64,000 bases of DNA, taken from NCBI GenBank assembly GCA_963841435.1, contig CAWJCS010000004.1, positions 448,001-512,000 of the forward strand. The letters run 5' to 3'. Each line of letters starts with the position of its first letter. Within the stretch, counting starts at the first letter, position 1. The stretch is from an uncultured delta proteobacterium. GTDB lineage: Bacteria; Myxococcota_A; Polyangia; Polyangiales; Polyangiaceae. The position numbers were made by a program, and so were the translations under genes. Under the pieces are notes generated by a model. It was not told the origin of the DNA. It saw nothing but the letters and a program-made list of their open reading frames with translations, and did no database searches. This document shows, one piece after another, positions 60,374-64,000 of this stretch.

Positions 60374-62027
60374 ATGAAGTTTCTATGTCCGAGCTGCAAG
60401 GCGAAGTACCAGATCGCCGACGAGAAGGTTGCGGGCCGTTCGGTACGCATGAAGTGCCGCAAGTGCGGCTTCATCATTCCGTTGAGCGAGGTGCCGCCGG
60501 CGCCCCCGTCAATGCTGCCCGACGCGGGCGGCGTGAAGCTGCCCGACGTGCCCAGGGCGCCTCCGCCGCCCACGGTCGCGGCTGAGCCTGGGCGTACGCC
60601 CCCTTCGCCCACCTCGGCCGAGCGACTCCCGCTGCCGCCTTCCGAGGCAAGGCTTCCTCCTCCGCGCCGGCCAACCCTGGCCGACGTGAAGGACGCGCCG
60701 TCGAGGCCGGGCGGATCCGCTCCGGAGGTCTCTCGCAAGCCGCCGCCCCCCAAGCCGGCTGGAGCGCCCCCACCGCGGCCGGCGACGGGCGCGCCCCGCG
60801 CGTCCGAGCTGGAGTCGGCCCCGAAGGCCGCGGCCGCGCCGCCCGTAGCGCGCAAGCCAGCATCGCCCGCAAGGAAGAGCGCCGGAGCCGCTGGCGGTCT
60901 CGATCTCCTCCCGGCCGTCGACGAAGACGACGACGACGCCACCAAGATCGCCAGCGGGGGCGCCCTGGCCGAGGCCTTCGGCGCGCTCGTCAGCGCCGAA
61001 TCGGTGGCGCCCCCCCCCGGCGCCGACGTGCAAGGGATGCCCGCCGACGAGTGGTTCGTCGGCATCAACGACGTCCCCGTCGGGCCGATCCGTCTAACGG
61101 AGATCCGCAAGCGTGCAATGCTCGGTGCCGTTTCGCTGGATTCCCTCGTGTGGCGTGATGGGCTGGAAGCCTGGCGGCCGCTGCGCACGTTCCCAGAGCT
61201 AGTCGCCGTGCTCGAGGAGAGCATGTCGAGCCTGCAGGCGTCGGCTGGTCCCCTCGCTCGGCCGTCGGCCGCAGATTCTGGCGCCGTCGAGCTCGTCGGC
61301 GAGCCCGACGACGGGGACGGCAGTGGTGACGGACGATCTCGCTGCCGCGGGTCTCACTCGCTCCCGTACGCCGCTCGCCGCGTGGATCGCGGTGGTCGTA
61401 GCGCTGGTTTTCGGTGTGGTGATTGGCTTCGTGGTCTTCAGCCGGCAAAAGCCGCCCGAGACCGTCTACAAGTACGTCGAGGTTCCCGCCAAGGGCACCG
61501 ACCAGCCCGCTGCGGCTGCGGCTCAGGTGGAAGCAGACAAGGCGGCCAACCCGGTCCCCTCGGCAGAGAAGCCTCGCGGAACGCACGGCACGACCACCAA
61601 GTCAACGCAGAGCGCGACGGGCGACAAGAGTGGCGGGCTCACCGGGCTCAAGGGACTCTCGGGGCTGAGTCCGAGCGGCCCCGCCATCCCGGGCTCGTCG
61701 CCCGGCACGACGCCGTCCGGCAAGGGCGGCCAGCTCGACGCGGGCCAGATCCAGTCCACCGTGTCGCGCTACACCGGAGCGGTGAAGCGCCGCTGCTGGC
61801 AGCCAGCGCTCGATGGCCGCGACCCGAGCGCACCCTCGACGGCGCGTGTCGTCGTCACGATCGGTGTTGCGGGCTCGGGCAACGTGCAGAGCGTCTCCAC
61901 GAGCGGCGACCCACGCGGGTACCCCGGGCTCGCCAATTGCATTGCGAGCAGCGTGCGAGCGTGGACGTTCCCCGCGACGGGGGGCTCGAGCACAGCCGTC
62001 GTGCCGTTCGTGTTCGCAGCACAATGA
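60374..62027 (+). CDS. GltJ/AgmX-like protein (Zn-ribbon, Pro-rich linker, GYF, TM, TonB-C-like); +1 frameshift at ~61260-61320
   Basis: CPSC..KYQIADEK..CRKC, WFVGIND..VGP..LVWRDGLEAW. The next frame gives a TM and VKRRCW...CIASSVRAWTFP...VPFVF. Span is 3n+1. Confidence 0.75.
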
Positions 62028-62042
62028 GCCGAGCGCGCGGGC

Positions 62043-62414
62043 TCAGCCGCCGGCGACGTCGGCCTTCACGATCAAGTAGCCGAGGGGCTCGGTGCTCGAG
62101 AGGTTCCGAATGGCGAGGGTCGCGCCGAAGGGCAGGTAGACGACGCAGCCTGGCTCAAGGCTCTGCACGACGCCGTTCACGTCGGCCTCGCCGTGACCGC
62201 CGAGGCCAATCACGATCTCGGGGTCGCGCTGCTGGCGGTGTGCACCGACGCTGCCTGCCGGTTCGAGTTCGCACGAAAGCACTGCGCTAAACGGCGGAGC
62301 CGGGGTCCTTAGCAAGTCATAGACCTTCACCTCGCCACTGCCTCCGAAGAGATCCCTGCGCACGTCGGGCGCGGCGCGTGGCATCGGCGTGGCGCCCGTT
62401 CGAGAGCCGCTCAT
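62043..62414 (-). CDS. Cupin domain protein
   Basis: LEPAGSVGAHRQ...EIV...G...LEPGCVVYLPFG; ATGA overlap with the upstream cupin. Confidence 0.75.
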   Translation of the reverse strand: MSGSRTGATPMPRAAPDVRRDLFGGSGEVKVYDLLRTPAPPFSAVLSCELEPAGSVGAHRQQRDPEIVIGLGGHGEADVNGVVQSLEPGCVVYLPFGATLAIRNLSSTEPLGYLIVKADVAGG

Positions 62415-62773
62415 GCGTCCCGGTGGACGGTTTGGGGAGAGAAGGCCGGTAGGCAAACGGCGACGTAGGCCGCGCCATCCGGGCCCGGCGTCGAGTAGCG
62501 AACCCACTCACCCGCGTGCGTGAGCACGGCCTGCCCAGCCTGGACCTCGAGCTTGCCCGAATCGTGCTCGACGACCAGCGTGCCACGGAGCACCAGCGTG
62601 TATTCGTCGAAGTCAGGACGCTGCCCGGGCTCGACCCAGCCGGATGGCGACGTCATCATGGCGACGCTGACGCGCGCTTCCGCGTTGTTGACCTGTCCAA
62701 CGTACTCCTCGATGACCTTTGGCAGGTTGCCGGCCGCCTCGATGCGAGTCGGTGTTGCGATCAGCGTGGGCAT
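62411..62773 (-). CDS. Cupin domain protein
   Basis: SGWVEPGQRPDFDEYTLVLRG...GEWVRYSTP. Confidence 0.82.
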   Translation of the reverse strand: MPTLIATPTRIEAAGNLPKVIEEYVGQVNNAEARVSVAMMTSPSGWVEPGQRPDFDEYTLVLRGTLVVEHDSGKLEVQAGQAVLTHAGEWVRYSTPGPDGAAYVAVCLPAFSPQTVHRDA

Positions 62774-62943
62774 TCTTTTCTCCCGTCATGGGTGTGCTCG
62801 GCGCCTTGCGGAGCCACCTCTTGTCTCGGGTCCTACATCGGTTGGGACCCGGCCGCAGGGCCCGCCTGGGCCAAGGGCGGGCGCGCTCGCGCGCCCCTCT
62901 GCGAAGGTGCCTCGAACCGGCCCCGACAGGCTACTACCCGAAC

Positions 62944-63501
62944 GTGACGCCTATCATCCTTCCGGCGGGTGCCGGTCAGCCCGCGTCCGTTTCGACCATT
63001 TCACGCCGGCTGCTGCTTTTGGCGGCCGGCTCCGCGTTCGCGTGCTCTTCGGCCCCGTTGCCGAGCTCGACTCCGAGCAAGCTCTTGGGCGCTCCGCTGC
63101 CCGCTTTCACTGGCCTCACCATCAACGGCTCGGAGTTCGACTCCAACTCGGGCATTGGTCATGTGATGGTCGTCGAATTTTTCACCGAAGGCTGTGGCGC
63201 GTGTGAGCGGTCGCTCGTGGACGCGGCGGACCTCTACGAGGCCCACAGCGAGCTCATCGTCGTCGGGGTCTCGCTCGATACGTCGATCGCCGGCGTCCGG
63301 TCGCAGATGTCGCGGCACTCGATCCGCTTCCCCGTGCTCCACGACCCCGAGCGGCACGTGGCCGAGCGGTTGGGCGTCACCGACGCCAAGATGAGCTTCG
63401 CCGTGGATCGGCGGGGCATTCTGCGCTGGGTTGGCGCTCCGACGCCGAATCCGGGCGCGGCGCGCCAGGCGGCCGAAGCGCTGCTCGGCGAGTCGAGCTG
63501 A
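62944..63501 (+). CDS. Thioredoxin-fold (TlpA/peroxiredoxin-like) lipoprotein
   Basis: AFAC lipobox, VVEFFTEGCGAC (CxxC), VGVSLD, FPVLHD; start uncertain. Confidence 0.72.
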   Translation: MTPIILPAGAGQPASVSTISRRLLLLAAGSAFACSSAPLPSSTPSKLLGAPLPAFTGLTINGSEFDSNSGIGHVMVVEFFTEGCGACERSLVDAADLYEAHSELIVVGVSLDTSIAGVRSQMSRHSIRFPVLHDPERHVAERLGVTDAKMSFAVDRRGILRWVGAPTPNPGAARQAAEALLGESS

Positions 63502-63513
63502 GCGCGAACCAGG

Positions 63514-64000
63514 TCACCCGTCGGAGTCGGTGGGCGGGCTCGCGAAGACTTTTCGCCCCGTAATCATGCTGGAGAGCAATCCGCCCCCATGTCGGATCTC
63601 CTTGAGCGAGACGCCCACGACGTGGAGGACCAAGAGCCCGATGAGCACGTTGGCCGCGATGCTGTGAACGCGGACTGCAACCTTGCGCAACAGGAACACT
63701 CGGGCCGTCTTCGAGGCATCGACCATTTCCTTGTCGCCCAAATCGGTGGGCGGTCGGCTGCTGCCAGGCTTCGCAACGTAGGCCGAGATGGCCGTCCACA
63801 GCGGCGGATGATGAAGATCGGCCGCTGCCTGCAGCGAGCCGCTCGCGAACATCGTGAGGAACAAGGCCAGCATGAAGGTCGTCGAGAGCCGACCCAAGGG
63901 GCCGTGGCCGAGGTCGTGCCGATAGGGGCGATTGTTCACGATGGCGGAGGCCTCGAGGAGCGCGTCTTGCGGCGTTTTTGCGTTGGGGAGGATCGAGCGC
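63514..64000 (-). CDS. Cytochrome b/b6-domain membrane protein (partial, 5' end outside window)
   Basis: GHGPLG, VHSIAAN...LVVLHVVGV...LLSSMITGRK, typical of hydrogenase-type cytochrome b. Confidence 0.72.
   Translation of the reverse strand, partial: RSILPNAKTPQDALLEASAIVNNRPYRHDLGHGPLGRLSTTFMLALFLTMFASGSLQAAADLHHPPLWTAISAYVAKPGSSRPPTDLGDKEMVDASKTARVFLLRKVAVRVHSIAANVLIGLLVLHVVGVSLKEIRHGGGLLSSMITGRKVFASPPTDSDG

Noticed and set aside
60374-62290. 638-aa ORF plus a separate 234-aa ORF treated as two genes
   Set aside because: Joined across one frameshift they give the standard GltJ/AgmX-type architecture.

Overview
High-GC window (roughly 70% by eye) of chromosomal core DNA from a myxobacterium, probably Polyangiaceae/Sorangiineae. 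The assignment rests on the CdbA-like RHH protein, AglRQS-like motor genes, a GltJ/AgmX-like protein, Gly/Ser-linker Cys-rich lipoproteins and a Ser/Thr kinase. It holds about 55 densely packed CDSs. Housekeeping genes include mazG, rlmN, lepA, pepP, mreBCD-mrdA-rodA, clpS-clpA, 2-oxoacid:ferredoxin oxidoreductase, queA-tgt, 5-oxoprolinase, M16 peptidases and a SWIM-SNF2 helicase. I recognised no rRNA, tRNA, CRISPR array or mobile element. Five genes carry six apparent single-base insertions, including the normally essential mrdA, which points to long-read assembly error rather than gene decay. The most interesting region is 32.4-43.6 kb. Two complete MotA/TolQ + 2x ExbD/TolR motor operons sit back-to-back around an ~800-bp control region: one is AglRQS-like, the other a paralog. 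The paralog is followed by an intact 687-aa membrane-pyrophosphatase homolog that has lost essentially all catalytic Asp/Lys motifs (candidate pseudoenzyme). Other notable items are a 46-aa Arg/Lys-rich ORF missing from the ORF track, a family of vWA lipoproteins, a Zn-ribbon/Tudor-like protein, an MshEN-like/REC/TPR gene next to the GltJ-like gene, and several recognisable sigma70 promoters with operator-like repeats. All homology calls come from motif recall, not database searches.
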